A stretch of DNA of 64,000 bases from an uncultured virus (IMG/VR IMGVR_UViG_3300021400_000004) (taxonomy: Duplodnaviria > Heunggongvirae > Uroviricota > Caudoviricetes). The position numbers were made by a program, and so were the translations under genes. The stretch lies in IMG/VR virus record IMGVR_UViG_3300021400_000004, one strand, 5' to 3'. The notes under the pieces were generated by a model. It was not told the DNA's origin, made no database searches, and saw only the letters and a program-made list of their open reading frames with translations. Shown here in pieces: positions 9,935 through 20,828 of this stretch (position 1 is the stretch's first letter; every line of letters starts with the position of its first letter).

Positions 9935-11743
9935 TTAGAAATAATATTTACTTGAGTCTATAATATTATAATCTTCTATAAAAATTTGCGGAGTGATATT
10001 GCCACACCACTCATTCGCATTACATTTACCGACTATATCCATTTCTATATAACCAGTATTATTCACAGTAAGTTTATTACATAATTCTTCATCTGCATCA
10101 AACTTCATTATAGAAATACCATTAGGTAAACTAATCTTAATAGTATTGTTTTTCTTCCTATATATATCAACCATATCATTAGTTATTTTTAATTCTTTTA
10201 TAGCAACTAAAGCTTCATCTAATTCAGTGCCCCAATAATCTTGCATATCAGCTATGTCAATAATAATTTTGCCATCTACATCTTTTCCATGAAATTCATA
10301 ATCAACATAGTATATAGGCTCATCTGACATATCTTTTAATATATCATTAGTTTTATCTATAAAATCTTGAAGCTGTTTTTCATATATTTTAAGTCCAAAA
10401 GCATTACTATGTCCAACGGCATATTCAACATCTTCAGTATTTAAACAAATACTTTTAAAATCATCAACCCCAGCTAAAGAACACCCACGCGCACTTCCCG
10501 CATAAAAAGTTTCATATCTATATCCATCTAAAGTTTGACCGCAATATTCTTCACCTTTTGTTAAAATACAACAAGGTCTTTGATATTTTGCCATAAATTT
10601 ATTTGCAATTAAACCTCTAACTTCACTTGGAATATTATCTCTTTCATCAAGTAAAATTATAAGAACTTTATTATTTAATAAATTTTGTTCTTGTATCTTT
10701 TTTTCAAGTAACTCTAAACTATTATCTTGAATCCTTGTTTGTCGATTTTTAACATTTGTGCAAGTTCTAATAGCTTGTTCTACTATTGTCTCAGTATCTC
10801 CAGGTTTATGACCTCTCTTATTAGAAGGAATTACTTCAAAGGCTTTGTAATTTAGCAAGCTAAAAAATACCAATTCTTTTTCTTCCATTGTGCCACTTCT
10901 TTGAATTGCATTAAGTAAAGGAACTATATAAAAAGCTGCACCAATAGGAGTTATATGACTTCCTAATTTAAAAGCATTTTTTTGTGCTAAGTAATAAATA
11001 CAAGGATTAGATATTGCTTTTAATCCTTTATGAATCAAATATGCTGTCTCTATTGATCGCATATCCATCATATCTCCACAATTTCCTATTGCAACAAGGT
11101 CAATATACTTATCAGCATAATTAGTTTGCATCTTTAAATCACAATATCTGCAAAACTGCCAAACTACCCCAACACCGCTTAAAGCTTTGTTTGGATAATT
11201 ACTATATCCTTCTTGATTATTTATAACTATTGCATAAGGATTTTCTTTATCAAAATCATGGTGATCAAGAATCAATACATCAATATTATTTTCTTTTAAT
11301 ATTTCACATTCATTTGTATCATTGCTTCCCGCATCAGGACATATAACAAATTGATATTTTTTTGAAATAATATCTTGATAACAATCATTTAAACCATGCT
11401 CTTTTCCTTTATGAAAGAAAAAATCTACTTTGTTTTTTATCCAATTAGGATATATATTATAGAAATAATTTAAAAACAATGCAGAAGAAGTATTTCCATC
11501 AACGTCGCAATCTATAATAATAATACTTCTACTATCATTATTAATATGTTTCATTAAAAGGTTATAAGCTTCTTCTATTTTTTCTTCTCCTAATGCGGAA
11601 GGAGAATTTATACTTTGTTCATCCGCATTTATATATTTATTAATTAAATCCCGTCTCATGCCTCTATTTAAAAGAATTTCTATGCGGGTAGGCAGTCCTG
11701 GGATATTTTGACAGTCATCTCTTTTTATAAGTTTATATTTCAA
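9935..11743 (-). CDS. recJ: ssDNA-specific exonuclease RecJ (DHH family)
   Basis: DCDVDG, PDAG, LDHH, GSARG and GHSNAFG motifs. Confidence 0.9.
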   Translation of the reverse strand: MKYKLIKRDDCQNIPGLPTRIEILLNRGMRRDLINKYINADEQSINSPSALGEEKIEEAYNLLMKHINNDSRSIIIIDCDVDGNTSSALFLNYFYNIYPNWIKNKVDFFFHKGKEHGLNDCYQDIISKKYQFVICPDAGSNDTNECEILKENNIDVLILDHHDFDKENPYAIVINNQEGYSNYPNKALSGVGVVWQFCRYCDLKMQTNYADKYIDLVAIGNCGDMMDMRSIETAYLIHKGLKAISNPCIYYLAQKNAFKLGSHITPIGAAFYIVPLLNAIQRSGTMEEKELVFFSLLNYKAFEVIPSNKRGHKPGDTETIVEQAIRTCTNVKNRQTRIQDNSLELLEKKIQEQNLLNNKVLIILLDERDNIPSEVRGLIANKFMAKYQRPCCILTKGEEYCGQTLDGYRYETFYAGSARGCSLAGVDDFKSICLNTEDVEYAVGHSNAFGLKIYEKQLQDFIDKTNDILKDMSDEPIYYVDYEFHGKDVDGKIIIDIADMQDYWGTELDEALVAIKELKITNDMVDIYRKKNNTIKISLPNGISIMKFDADEELCNKLTVNNTGYIEMDIVGKCNANEWCGNITPQIFIEDYNIIDSSKYYF

Positions 11744-12202
11744 TTAATTCACCCACTTCTTAAAAACTTCATTATAATATCCTATATTTCCAAGAAGTTC
11801 CTTTATAAGAGCTATTGCAAATCCTTTCTCTTTGTCATATTTATCTTCAGGGCCGCACTTTACGACAGTCTTGTGTCCATCTTTCCAGACTATAACCGTT
11901 GCAGGATCATTAAATACTACTTTCTTAATATTATTTGAGAAATCATTAATTCTTTTTTTTGCTTTATCTTCTATTTCCTTATTAAGTGTTTTTGTAGCTT
12001 CCTCAGCTTTTTCCTTTATGACATCTTTCAGTAGATAATCTAACATTGCATCATCATAAAAGTTACTATTTGTGGTTATAGCATCGCTATAAATTGTTCC
12101 TATATTGGTCTTATAAGTAATACCTTCTTTATTATTATTACAAAAAGTCACCCATGAATCACTTGCATCACTTAATCTAAACATATTTTTTACCTCTTTC
12201 AT
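11744..12202 (-). CDS. Conserved phage hypothetical protein
   Basis: C-terminal IKKVVFNDPATVIVWKDGHKTVVKC...YDKEKG segment familiar from Bacillota phages; has its own sigma-A promoter (TTGACA at 12243-12248). Confidence 0.7.
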   Translation of the reverse strand: MKEVKNMFRLSDASDSWVTFCNNNKEGITYKTNIGTIYSDAITTNSNFYDDAMLDYLLKDVIKEKAEEATKTLNKEIEDKAKKRINDFSNNIKKVVFNDPATVIVWKDGHKTVVKCGPEDKYDKEKGFAIALIKELLGNIGYYNEVFKKWVN

Positions 12203-12244
12203 TTTATTTTATTTTTTATATTATAATATATTCTTTTAACAATG

Positions 12245-13357
12245 TCAAGTTATTACGAATCTATCTTGAAACATTTTTATAAAAGTCTCTTTTCCAGCAT
12301 CAATAGGACTTGCTTTATATTGAAGATTATATTTATTATTAATATCAAACATAAAACTTATTTTAACATATTTACCAAATTTATTATTAATGGCAGTAAG
12401 TTTTTTTGTCCATTGTTTCCATTCTTTATCACCTTGTTCTTTGTACTGTTTATCAAAGGCAATAACAATTTCTTCTACTCCAAGATTTTTTAATAAATCA
12501 AATTGAAATGAAGTTAAATTACTTCCACAGGCGGCAACGGTTATATCATTTTGTATTCCAAAATATGAAGCATACCCTAAACAGAATTTTTCTCCTTCGC
12601 CTATAATAGCAATTTTCATATCTTTAATATTGTTTTTGCTATTATTAATATTATATAAGTTGAAGCCAAGTGGATGATTATACATCTTTCCATTTAAAAT
12701 GGCTGGCATATATTTTCCTTTATCTTCATTTTCTTTTATAAAAGTTCTTTCTCTTATTCCAATTAAATTATTATCTATATTAAAATGAGGAATAATAACT
12801 CCATAAGACATTGGGTCAAAACATATCCCTCTATTATCCATTACTTCTTTTGTTATCCCCTCTTCGATCCAAGGTTTGATAATTGGATGAGGGAAGTTAT
12901 TTAATATATTTTTATCGAAAATTTTTAATTCGACTTTTTTTTGTTTGTCGTAGGTGCTTTTATTTCTTTCATATTTAGAAAAAATTTCAAAATCTAATAA
13001 CTTCTCCGTTCGTTCTGAAAAAACATTGACAACATCAAGAGAGAAGAAATTTACAACATAAATCATAGCATCATGCAAAGACCAATCTATATTAGTTTTG
13101 ATCTTCATTATTTTTCGAGTTAAATCAAAAATATCAAACCCTGTTGTTTCCGCACATTCAGTATAACATTTAAAAAGTTTTGTATTCTCATAATAATATA
13201 ATTTATGTGATGCATCACTCTCTGGCGGGTTGTGGCAAATCGTGCGGGAGACAAGCATCCCGATTCTACGAACAGGGTCGCCGCCATGTTCAGCTAAAAA
13301 CTGTTCTATTTGTTCTATTGTTAAAGAATTTTTAATTTCATCTTTATCAAATCTCAT
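12245..13357 (-). CDS. DNA primase (CHC2 zinc finger plus TOPRIM)
   Basis: TICHN...FKCYTEC zinc domain, GEGEK, IAFDKQ; next to the helicase gene. Confidence 0.85.
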   Translation of the reverse strand: MRFDKDEIKNSLTIEQIEQFLAEHGGDPVRRIGMLVSRTICHNPPESDASHKLYYYENTKLFKCYTECAETTGFDIFDLTRKIMKIKTNIDWSLHDAMIYVVNFFSLDVVNVFSERTEKLLDFEIFSKYERNKSTYDKQKKVELKIFDKNILNNFPHPIIKPWIEEGITKEVMDNRGICFDPMSYGVIIPHFNIDNNLIGIRERTFIKENEDKGKYMPAILNGKMYNHPLGFNLYNINNSKNNIKDMKIAIIGEGEKFCLGYASYFGIQNDITVAACGSNLTSFQFDLLKNLGVEEIVIAFDKQYKEQGDKEWKQWTKKLTAINNKFGKYVKISFMFDINNKYNLQYKASPIDAGKETFIKMFQDRFVIT

Positions 13358-13589
13358 AATCTTTACCTGGCATTTTAACTATTAAGAATGAAAGGTCCTC
13401 TATCGCTGTTTTATCATTTCTTTCACTAAATAAAAAGAATGTCTTTGAGGTGTCATATAATTTATCACTAAATTTTAAACAATCTATTGAAGCTCCTGTG
13501 TCTTCGCCCCAATCATCACCAAGTAATACTACTTTTAACCTTGTTCCATCAGGTATTTCTTCATACTTTTCTTTTGTATCTATTAGCAT
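13347..13589 (-). CDS. Hypothetical protein
   Basis: ORF with AGGAG RBS between helicase and primase. Confidence 0.6.
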   Translation of the reverse strand: MLIDTKEKYEEIPDGTRLKVVLLGDDWGEDTGASIDCLKFSDKLYDTSKTFFLFSERNDKTAIEDLSFLIVKMPGKDYEI

Positions 13590-13601
13590 ATTTATTCTCC
13601 T

Positions 13602-15146
13602 TTAAAATGCACTTTTCCAATTTTCTGTTTTAGGTTTTACATTTATTATTAAATCTTCTATTTCAATAGGCTCATATAACCATGAAGTTATAAAAGTAGG
13701 ATTCATACGACATATACTTAATTCAGTATGACACCACATAAAAATACGATTATATCTACCTCGTCTATTCTTATATATAGAGATTTTTAGATTAGGTAAC
13801 TCAAATCCATTCTTATTACAAAATTCTCTTAAAGCATCTCTATCTTCATTAGTAACTGGAAGCATAATCATACCAGCATCAACTTTATCTGCTATTGCTT
13901 TTGCGCCTCTTAATAGATTTTGATCGAAGATTTTTGATTCAACATAATCTGCATTGAGCTGAGTAGAAGTTAAAATAAAAACTCCATACTGCCTTGCAAG
14001 ATCTTTTAATCTAACACTTATCATAAAAAGAATATTATCTTCTCTAAGTCCTTTTACATTTGCTTTTCCGCTTATTTCACTTAAAATCTTTATACTTGAA
14101 TGGATATAATCAAAACAAATATATCTTATTCCATACTTTCTAATACCAAGCTTAATTGTACTTTCAATATCTTGAAGTCCAAAGTCTGGAAGTTCTTTAA
14201 TATAAAGAGGACTATTTTTAATTATGTCTTTAGCTCGTTTAACTCGATCAATTTCTCCTACTTCATATTTATTCTCAAGAATATGATCTTCCGGAACGCC
14301 TGAAATAAAAGCCCACATCATTGTTTGAATCTCGTCAAGAGATTGCTCTGTAGTAATATAAATAGTAGGCTCACAAGTTCCATTTTTGATCCATTCATTT
14401 TTATCTACATCATATATTTCATCACAAGCAAAATTACAAGCATCTGCAATCATTAATCGTGATTTACCAAAGTTTGTTGGCGCGGAACGAAGAAAAACAC
14501 AACCAAAACGCGCCCCTCTAAATATTTTATTAATATATTTACCAAACATTGGATAACCAACATTAGGTGTATGCTGTAGTTCTTCAAATAATTCATCTGC
14601 ATTATCTGAAGCAGAACGAATATCATCAGAAGCATTTTCAGCAAATTTAAGTTTTATATCTTCAATTTTATCATTTATTAAATCTGCAATTTCTTCAAGA
14701 GAATGATTATCAAGCCAATCTTCTTGCTCTTGTTTCAACTTTATATCAATTACGTTACTTGGATTATAAATAAAACTTACATTTACTCCTATTGAATCAT
14801 ACATTCTTAATAATGTAAATTTTTTCATTCTCTTGTAGTAATAATCAAAAGTTGCAACAGAGATAGACTCTTTACATTTTTCAAGCCATTCTGCACCATT
14901 ATAGGTTTTATATATAGCCATTTTTTTATCTCTCTGTTCAAGATAATCTTCTATTGTATTTATATTTATATTTTTTGCGCCAAGAGCATGAAGATTATAT
15001 ATAGCTTCAAATATAACTTTATGAAAATCTTGCGGGAAGTCCTCTTCATTAAATCTATATTGTCCATCTTCTAATAGATTTGGATTTTGATAAATACTTC
15101 CTATTACCTGAATAATTGATTTAGTATCTATATAATTACTCTTCAT
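13602..15146 (-). CDS. dnaB: Replicative DNA helicase (DnaB-like)
   Basis: SAPTNFGKS Walker A, TTEQ, FDYI, STQLN and KNRRG motifs. Confidence 0.9.
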   Translation of the reverse strand: MKSNYIDTKSIIQVIGSIYQNPNLLEDGQYRFNEEDFPQDFHKVIFEAIYNLHALGAKNININTIEDYLEQRDKKMAIYKTYNGAEWLEKCKESISVATFDYYYKRMKKFTLLRMYDSIGVNVSFIYNPSNVIDIKLKQEQEDWLDNHSLEEIADLINDKIEDIKLKFAENASDDIRSASDNADELFEELQHTPNVGYPMFGKYINKIFRGARFGCVFLRSAPTNFGKSRLMIADACNFACDEIYDVDKNEWIKNGTCEPTIYITTEQSLDEIQTMMWAFISGVPEDHILENKYEVGEIDRVKRAKDIIKNSPLYIKELPDFGLQDIESTIKLGIRKYGIRYICFDYIHSSIKILSEISGKANVKGLREDNILFMISVRLKDLARQYGVFILTSTQLNADYVESKIFDQNLLRGAKAIADKVDAGMIMLPVTNEDRDALREFCNKNGFELPNLKISIYKNRRGRYNRIFMWCHTELSICRMNPTFITSWLYEPIEIEDLIINVKPKTENWKSAF

Positions 15147-15147
15147 T

Positions 15148-15672
15148 TTAATCCTCCATATCCATATTGAATAATTTTGGCGGAGCTACTTTTGGAATAG
15201 GACTATCTATATTAATTATCGTACTAATATTGTTATTATAATTACTACTTCCTGCTGCCCGCTGTGATGCCATATATAATTCATAATAATAATTATATGC
15301 TTGTGTATAGCAAAATGGTACAATACCTATTGAACCACTTCTAAATTTTTCTTTTGAATTACCTTTTACTTCATAAAAGTAAAGTAAACTTTTTAAAATA
15401 CCACTATAAGTATAGCTATATTCTTTTTTCCAACTTTCTATAATTTTTTTAAATTGAACAAAATTAAAATTAGCACCTTGTTCAGTTTTAACATAATTAT
15501 ATAAATCTTCAAAATCTTTTTCTTCTTGTGTTTTTGAAGACTCTTTTTCCTTTGCACATTTAACATGAGCATATCTATTACTTCGAGGCTTCATCCAAAC
15601 TATATCTTGTTCTTGCGGCAGCGCGTCAAATCGTTCTCCGCAATATAAACATTTAACTATGTGAGGAGCCAT
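15148..15672 (-). CDS. Zinc-binding replication-associated protein (possible helicase loader)
   Basis: CLYC...HVKC motif; immediately upstream of the helicase. The loader function is inferred from position only. Confidence 0.5.
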   Translation of the reverse strand: MAPHIVKCLYCGERFDALPQEQDIVWMKPRSNRYAHVKCAKEKESSKTQEEKDFEDLYNYVKTEQGANFNFVQFKKIIESWKKEYSYTYSGILKSLLYFYEVKGNSKEKFRSGSIGIVPFCYTQAYNYYYELYMASQRAAGSSNYNNNISTIINIDSPIPKVAPPKLFNMDMED

Positions 15673-15874
15673 TTGTCATAATCTCCTTTTCAAGCATTAA
15701 AATTAATTTTAGTTGTTCATTAATTGCCATAGCAGATGCTATTGGAATTTCTAAATCATTTACTAATACATATTGAATTTTCTTTACACAATCTGTTATA
15801 GTCATTATTACATCAACTTCTTTCTTTATTTTATTTCTATAATAATTATAACAAATTTTTTAATAAAAATAAAT

Positions 15875-15910
15875 AAGAGAGTATTTAATTAAATTAAATA
15901 CTCTCTTAAT
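15875..15910 (-). terminator. Rho-independent terminator after the AAA ATPase
   Basis: TAAGAGAGTATTT/AAATACTCTCTTA inverted repeat followed by a T-rich tract on the minus strand. Confidence 0.7.
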
Positions 15911-15924
15911 ATGTAAAGATATTT

Positions 15925-16784
15925 TTATGCTTCAGGAATTTCTTTAAGGTCGTCTATGATAAGAGAAAGCTGTTCAACTTGTCCTCTATCCATATCCCCA
16001 ACCTTCTTACCTTTTCCTAAATATCTATCTATTATTTGAGTAACTCTTGGGGCATAATATGATGCCATTTTATTTTCATCTTTACTAAAACCGTCAATAA
16101 TTTCCTCAAATTCTTTCATTAATTTATCAAAATCTAAATGAGAAGTTGTATCTGCATAAGCTGTTTCGCGTTTGTCAGTAAATAAACTATCTCCATCCTC
16201 CTTAGCCTGCTTATCTATTGCATCAGCTATTGTATTTACAAGATTATCATAAGTAAATTCAATATAGTCTGGAGTATACTTAAAGCGGGAACCCGCCTCA
16301 TATCTCTGAGTTCCTCTCATAAAGAGTACAGTTTTATTATTACCTTCTTCATCACTTACCGACCTTGAATAACCAATAATATCAGCCATTCGCGCAACTA
16401 TATTATTAGCTCTCTTGTCAAGTGTTGGAACAATTTTATTATATTCTACTCCAGATTCATCTTTGAAGGTCTTGTCTGTTGCATGAGATATAAGTACAAT
16501 ACCATATCCCATCTGTACAATACTTCTCAGTTTTTCATCAAACTCGTTTCCTGTCAAAGCATATCCTTTTCCAAATGGTATGTCTGGGATAGAATTAACT
16601 CCATTGTTTGAACAGATATATTTTTCACAATATGAATAAGCTATATCTGCTGTATCTATAATAATTGTAGAAAATTTTTCTTTAACTTTTTCATCCTTTA
16701 ATTGACGAGTTACCTTTACAAACTCAGCCCATGAATTAATTGGCTGTGCCATAACTCCAGCAAGAGCATTGTAACCTTTTTCGA
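15925..16784 (-). CDS. AAA_24 / Sak4-like ATPase, exon 2
   Basis: (T|TC) FEKGYNALAGVMAQPINSW...IIIDTAD Walker B; spliced product is 332 aa. Confidence 0.85.
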
Positions 16785-17890
16785 CATTTATAATATTTAT
16801 AAACTGACTATATCACGAACATTTTATTAAATGTTCCGCCACCACTTCGGAATAAGGATTTGCACCTTAAACCTACTTCTCAATGAGAATAGTCGATTGA
16901 CTTTCTATCTTTTATAAAAGATAGCTTAGCACAGGATTCTTCTAATATCCAAGGATTAACAATATTAGACATTCCCCGTTAGCAAATAAGTAAATACTTA
17001 TTCACACCCTATATTTATAGGTTCAATGGCGATGCGCCCATTCTAAGCAGTCTAAATATTTCTGATATTTTCTATCTAAACGATTATTTTCTTTTGAATT
17101 ATAATATAAATAATTCAATATTCTTTCAACTTGTTTTCTACCGGCTATTTGCAAGACAAACGCTTTACCAGCAATATTAGCTTGTAAGCTTACATTAGTT
17201 TGAAGTTCTTTTTGAATATCAGTTAAAAATTCTTTTGTCCCAATAAAAGAAATTCTATAATTATTAGTACCTTGTAAATAATGTAAACTTCCATCTCCAT
17301 CAAAATATCCTCTTATAAAATGAGATATGTAATCCCTTGGAATATTTGGAATTTTGTTTATTTTTAAGCTTTTTTGAGGAATACACCCCCATTTAATTAA
17401 ATCTTGATGAAGCTGTTTATCTTTAATTGTAAATTGATATAAAGTTTTTGCGTTTTCAAATCTTTTGTCGTGAGTTTCAGTTATTTTATGGTTAAATGCT
17501 CCGATAGCTGTTTTGAATTTTTCAACTTGTTCTTTATCTGTAATATTTATTGAGACTTCATTATTATTTGCATGAACACAACCATCTGCATATAGAAAAC
17601 CTAACCAATACGCTTTTTCTTCTGTATCAATTTTATTGAAATAAAATTCATTTCTTGGGTATCCCTGTTTGTTTCCCCTTGATTGAATATTGTGTTTATT
17701 TAATAAATTTCTAATTGTTCCATAAGCACAATTAAATTCTTTTCCAAGTTGCTTCAAAGTATATTGTTCGTTTAGATATTTATCTATAATGTAGGCTACT
17801 TGTTCATCAGTCCAAGCAATTACTCCGCCTTTTCCACGAGTAATAGTGTATAAATCAGACATATTTATTCTCCTTATTTTTATTTTCTTG
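16785..17890 (-). mobile_element. Group I intron in the AAA ATPase gene (1106 nt)
   Basis: Exon ends ...GCGU at 17891; terminal G at 16785. P7 strands are ATCGACTAT (~16889-16897) and GATATAGTCAG (~16804-16814). Splicing restores LLLA-F-EKG. Confidence 0.9.
17023..17862 (-). CDS. Intron-encoded LAGLIDADG homing endonuclease with N-terminal HTH
   Basis: YWLGFLYADG and FIRGYFDGDG motifs. Confidence 0.9.
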   Translation of the reverse strand: MSDLYTITRGKGGVIAWTDEQVAYIIDKYLNEQYTLKQLGKEFNCAYGTIRNLLNKHNIQSRGNKQGYPRNEFYFNKIDTEEKAYWLGFLYADGCVHANNNEVSINITDKEQVEKFKTAIGAFNHKITETHDKRFENAKTLYQFTIKDKQLHQDLIKWGCIPQKSLKINKIPNIPRDYISHFIRGYFDGDGSLHYLQGTNNYRISFIGTKEFLTDIQKELQTNVSLQANIAGKAFVLQIAGRKQVERILNYLYYNSKENNRLDRKYQKYLDCLEWAHRH

Positions 17891-18029
17891 ACGCTAAAAG
17901 TAATGCATTAGGAAACTTTGAGGCGATTGTAGTCTTGCCCGATTTCGGCTCCCCATAAAAAAAGACCGAATATCCTCGGAGGTCTCTACTTACTTTATGA
18001 GGCTGAAGTCCAAGTAAATCAATTTCCAT
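17891..18029 (-). CDS. AAA_24 / Sak4-like ATPase, exon 1 (not in the ORF track)
   Basis: MEIDLLGLQPHKVSRDLRGYSVFFYGEPKSGKTTIASKFPNALLLA contains Walker A; GAGG RBS. Confidence 0.88.
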
Positions 18030-18066
18030 TTTTAATACCTCCTATTATTATAAGTAGCTTTCAAGT

Positions 18067-19014
18067 TTAAAACTTGAAAGCTCCTCCCTGTGGGATTGTT
18101 GGTGTTGCAGAAGCCGCAGGCTTTAATGCAGCAGCATTTTTATTTGCTCTCCATTCATCATTTGACTTCTTTACTTCAGCAAGATAAATCTCTCTATCCT
18201 GAAGAACCTTTGTAAGCTCTGCCGCAGTTATCGTTGCATCTGTATCAAACTCATAAGGAATTGGGTTTGCACCAGTAATAAGATATTCTCTATTCCTACG
18301 AGTTATAATATCTACTGAACCTGGACCGAATGCAGATTCAGTTGTTCTCTCTTCCTTAATATATGTATTGATAATCTTACCCCATACCTTCGTATAAACA
18401 GGATTTGACTTTGATGCATCAAGATCAAGAAAATATTTTACAGCTTCCTTATTTCTTGCGGTAAGTGTAATAGGAAATGCTGCGTTTCTAAAGTCAAATG
18501 TGATACCCTTAATTGTTGCATAAGATTCTCCTTCATCAGGAACTACCTCATTAACCTCAAAGATAATAAGGTCTACTGAGAACTTATTTCTTCCAATGTC
18601 TCCTGACGGATGAATAGAAGCTTCATTAGTAATTGTTACAAAACCTCCTTCATTTCTTGGCTGAGATACTGGAGTATCCTGACCCTCTGGGAAGAAATCA
18701 TTTACTGCATAAGATGGATTAAGTCTAACTACTGTTGCTCCATCATAACCATCTGTCATAACAGTCTTTCCTGATGCAATAATCTGTTTAAGAGCAGAGT
18801 AAGTATTGTTTGCCTTACCATTATTATAAGTCGGTGCAACATATGTATAATGAACTGGAATAATATTGTCCATCTCTTCACTAACTGCAACTTCGAGTGT
18901 TCCTGAAATAAAAGGAGTTCCCGGATGCTTTGATGTTTCACCTGTTATCTTTTCTGCTAAATCAAACTGATAAATTCTTCCTTCAATATTCTCTGTATTT
19001 TCATTCTTTCTCAT
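18067..19014 (-). CDS. Putative single-stranded DNA-binding protein
   Basis: Beta-rich 315-aa protein with a low-complexity tail ending in F, next to the ATPase and helicase genes. Function is inferred. Confidence 0.55.
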   Translation of the reverse strand: MRKNENTENIEGRIYQFDLAEKITGETSKHPGTPFISGTLEVAVSEEMDNIIPVHYTYVAPTYNNGKANNTYSALKQIIASGKTVMTDGYDGATVVRLNPSYAVNDFFPEGQDTPVSQPRNEGGFVTITNEASIHPSGDIGRNKFSVDLIIFEVNEVVPDEGESYATIKGITFDFRNAAFPITLTARNKEAVKYFLDLDASKSNPVYTKVWGKIINTYIKEERTTESAFGPGSVDIITRRNREYLITGANPIPYEFDTDATITAAELTKVLQDREIYLAEVKKSNDEWRANKNAAALKPAASATPTIPQGGAFKF

Positions 19015-19072
19015 TATTCTTTCTCCTTATTTTTTTCTTATAATAATATTATAACAAAAATTTTAATTAAAA

Positions 19073-19504
19073 TCAACCTTCTTCATCTATTACTTCAGGT
19101 ATTTCAAAATTAATACCTTTTTCAGTAATTCTATAAGATGCAGGATTGCCACATCTTTTTTCTACAAACCCATCTTCGACAAGCTTTCTCATGGTTCCAG
19201 ATACTGACCTACCTGAAATTTCAAGCCTGTCACCAAGCGCCTTTGCAGTAATCCAGTCATTTATATTTTTAAGTTCAACTAACAAATTAATACCTTTAGA
19301 TGTAATTTCTTTCTTATTAGAAGATTTACCTTTCTTATAATCTTCAAAGAAATCAATAGCCTCTGGTGGTACATTCATTGGATAAGCTTCAAACATTTTT
19401 TCTACTGTTTCAATAAAAATATCTTTTCTTTCATCTGTCATAATTACTTTTCTCTCTTTCATATTTTCTATAATAATTATAACAAATTTTTTAAAAAAAT
19501 GCAA
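19073..19504 (-). CDS. Winged-helix DNA-binding protein
   Basis: ITAKALGDRLEISGRSVSGTMRKLVEDGFVEK...YRITEKG; the real start is probably near 19441. Confidence 0.75.
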   Translation of the reverse strand: MHFFKKFVIIIIENMKERKVIMTDERKDIFIETVEKMFEAYPMNVPPEAIDFFEDYKKGKSSNKKEITSKGINLLVELKNINDWITAKALGDRLEISGRSVSGTMRKLVEDGFVEKRCGNPASYRITEKGINFEIPEVIDEEG

Positions 19505-19509
19505 ATTAC

Positions 19510-20175
19510 TTATTTATCTAAGAAAATTAATTCATTTGCATAAGTAAGTGTATGTACCCAATCAACGAAACTTTTCCACTCCGTGAGCTTATGTCCTGCG
19601 CGCTGCCGCACAATAGAATAAAGATTTTCATAATTCATAGTTATAGTGCGTGTTTGTAACCATGACTCTGGAAGGATACGAATTAACTCTTTCCAATATC
19701 TTTTATCTTTTGTTTCAAGATAACCTTTTCTTAATGTTTCACAATAATTAATAATATTATCCCATATATCATCAGTAAAAGCATCTAAATCATAAGGCTC
19801 ACGTTCATACATTAATAAACCGCCTTCGTAATCATCCATTTCAAAACATTCTTTTGTGATTGGCGTTGAAGCAAGTTTGTGCATCTTACTTGTACTATTA
19901 GCTACTGTGCCAACTTTATAAGTATCAAATTCACTCCAAAAGTACATAGGTGCTGTAATATCAACAGATACCATGATCTGACGCATAAATTTACGATGTT
20001 CGGGACCTGCTTTAACAAGACGCTGAAGAAGATCTAAATCATTTGGACCTATTTTATAATCATTATAATATTTACCGCTGTATTCACTATCTGATTTATC
20101 CCAACTATTCATGGGGTTGCGGGCGCCGCGAATTGCGTGCTCAAACCCCCAAACCTCAGTTCTTTCAAATTTCAT
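19510..20175 (-). CDS. Divergent ThyX-like flavin-dependent protein
   Basis: HRKFMRQ, ITAPMYFWSEFDTY, ILPES, TMNYENL and QRAGHKLTEW resemble phage ThyX-like proteins; the canonical RHR motif is absent. Confidence 0.55.
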   Translation of the reverse strand: MKFERTEVWGFEHAIRGARNPMNSWDKSDSEYSGKYYNDYKIGPNDLDLLQRLVKAGPEHRKFMRQIMVSVDITAPMYFWSEFDTYKVGTVANSTSKMHKLASTPITKECFEMDDYEGGLLMYEREPYDLDAFTDDIWDNIINYCETLRKGYLETKDKRYWKELIRILPESWLQTRTITMNYENLYSIVRQRAGHKLTEWKSFVDWVHTLTYANELIFLDK

Positions 20176-20828
20176 TAAATTAACTCCTTTAATACTTCAT
20201 CACAAAAACCTAACTCAATAGCTTCATCTGTAAAGAACCAAAAATCATCACGACTTTTCTCTTTATAAAGCTCTTCATCAACTTTAGTGTTCTTTATAAT
20301 ATAATTTTTCATTCTATCAATGAGATTATTATAATATCCAGCATAGTTTTTAAATTTACCTGCATCTATTGCACCAAGAGTTGTAGATCCTTCATGGAAT
20401 AAAAAACTTGATGAAGGATAAGCATATCTTTTATGACCAGTGATAAAGACAAGAAGCCCGCCTGAATAAGCAGTTCCCATATTAATTGTATAAACAGGTG
20501 TTTTTGACATAGTTATTGTATCTGCAATCATTAAAGCTCCAGTTAAATTACCTCCATTAGAATCTATAAAGAGTTTAATAGGAGTTCTTTCTTCTATTGG
20601 AATGTCCTTATCTGCCATATTCCACATTCTAATTAAATGTGCAATAGCATCACTACTTGCTTCATCTATATCATTTAAGAGCAGTGTTCTATTAATTGTA
20701 TCATATCTTTCAGATATACCATCTAAGTCTTTGATGTCAGAAGTATTATTTAAGTATTCTGTTATTAAAGAATCAAGAGTTACATCTGAAATTTTTTTAT
20801 TATTCATAAATTTATTTGTATCTGCCAT
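20175..20828 (-). CDS. clpP: ClpP-like serine protease
   Basis: IKLFIDSNGG, AYSGG (catalytic Ser), FLFHE (His), EAIELGFCDEV. Confidence 0.85.
   Translation of the reverse strand: MADTNKFMNNKKISDVTLDSLITEYLNNTSDIKDLDGISERYDTINRTLLLNDIDEASSDAIAHLIRMWNMADKDIPIEERTPIKLFIDSNGGNLTGALMIADTITMSKTPVYTINMGTAYSGGLLVFITGHKRYAYPSSSFLFHEGSTTLGAIDAGKFKNYAGYYNNLIDRMKNYIIKNTKVDEELYKEKSRDDFWFFTDEAIELGFCDEVLKELI

Noticed and set aside
3408..15146. Inteins in DnaE or DnaB
   Set aside because: No C/S...HN splice motifs or extra endonuclease domain seen, and the lengths fit intein-free proteins.
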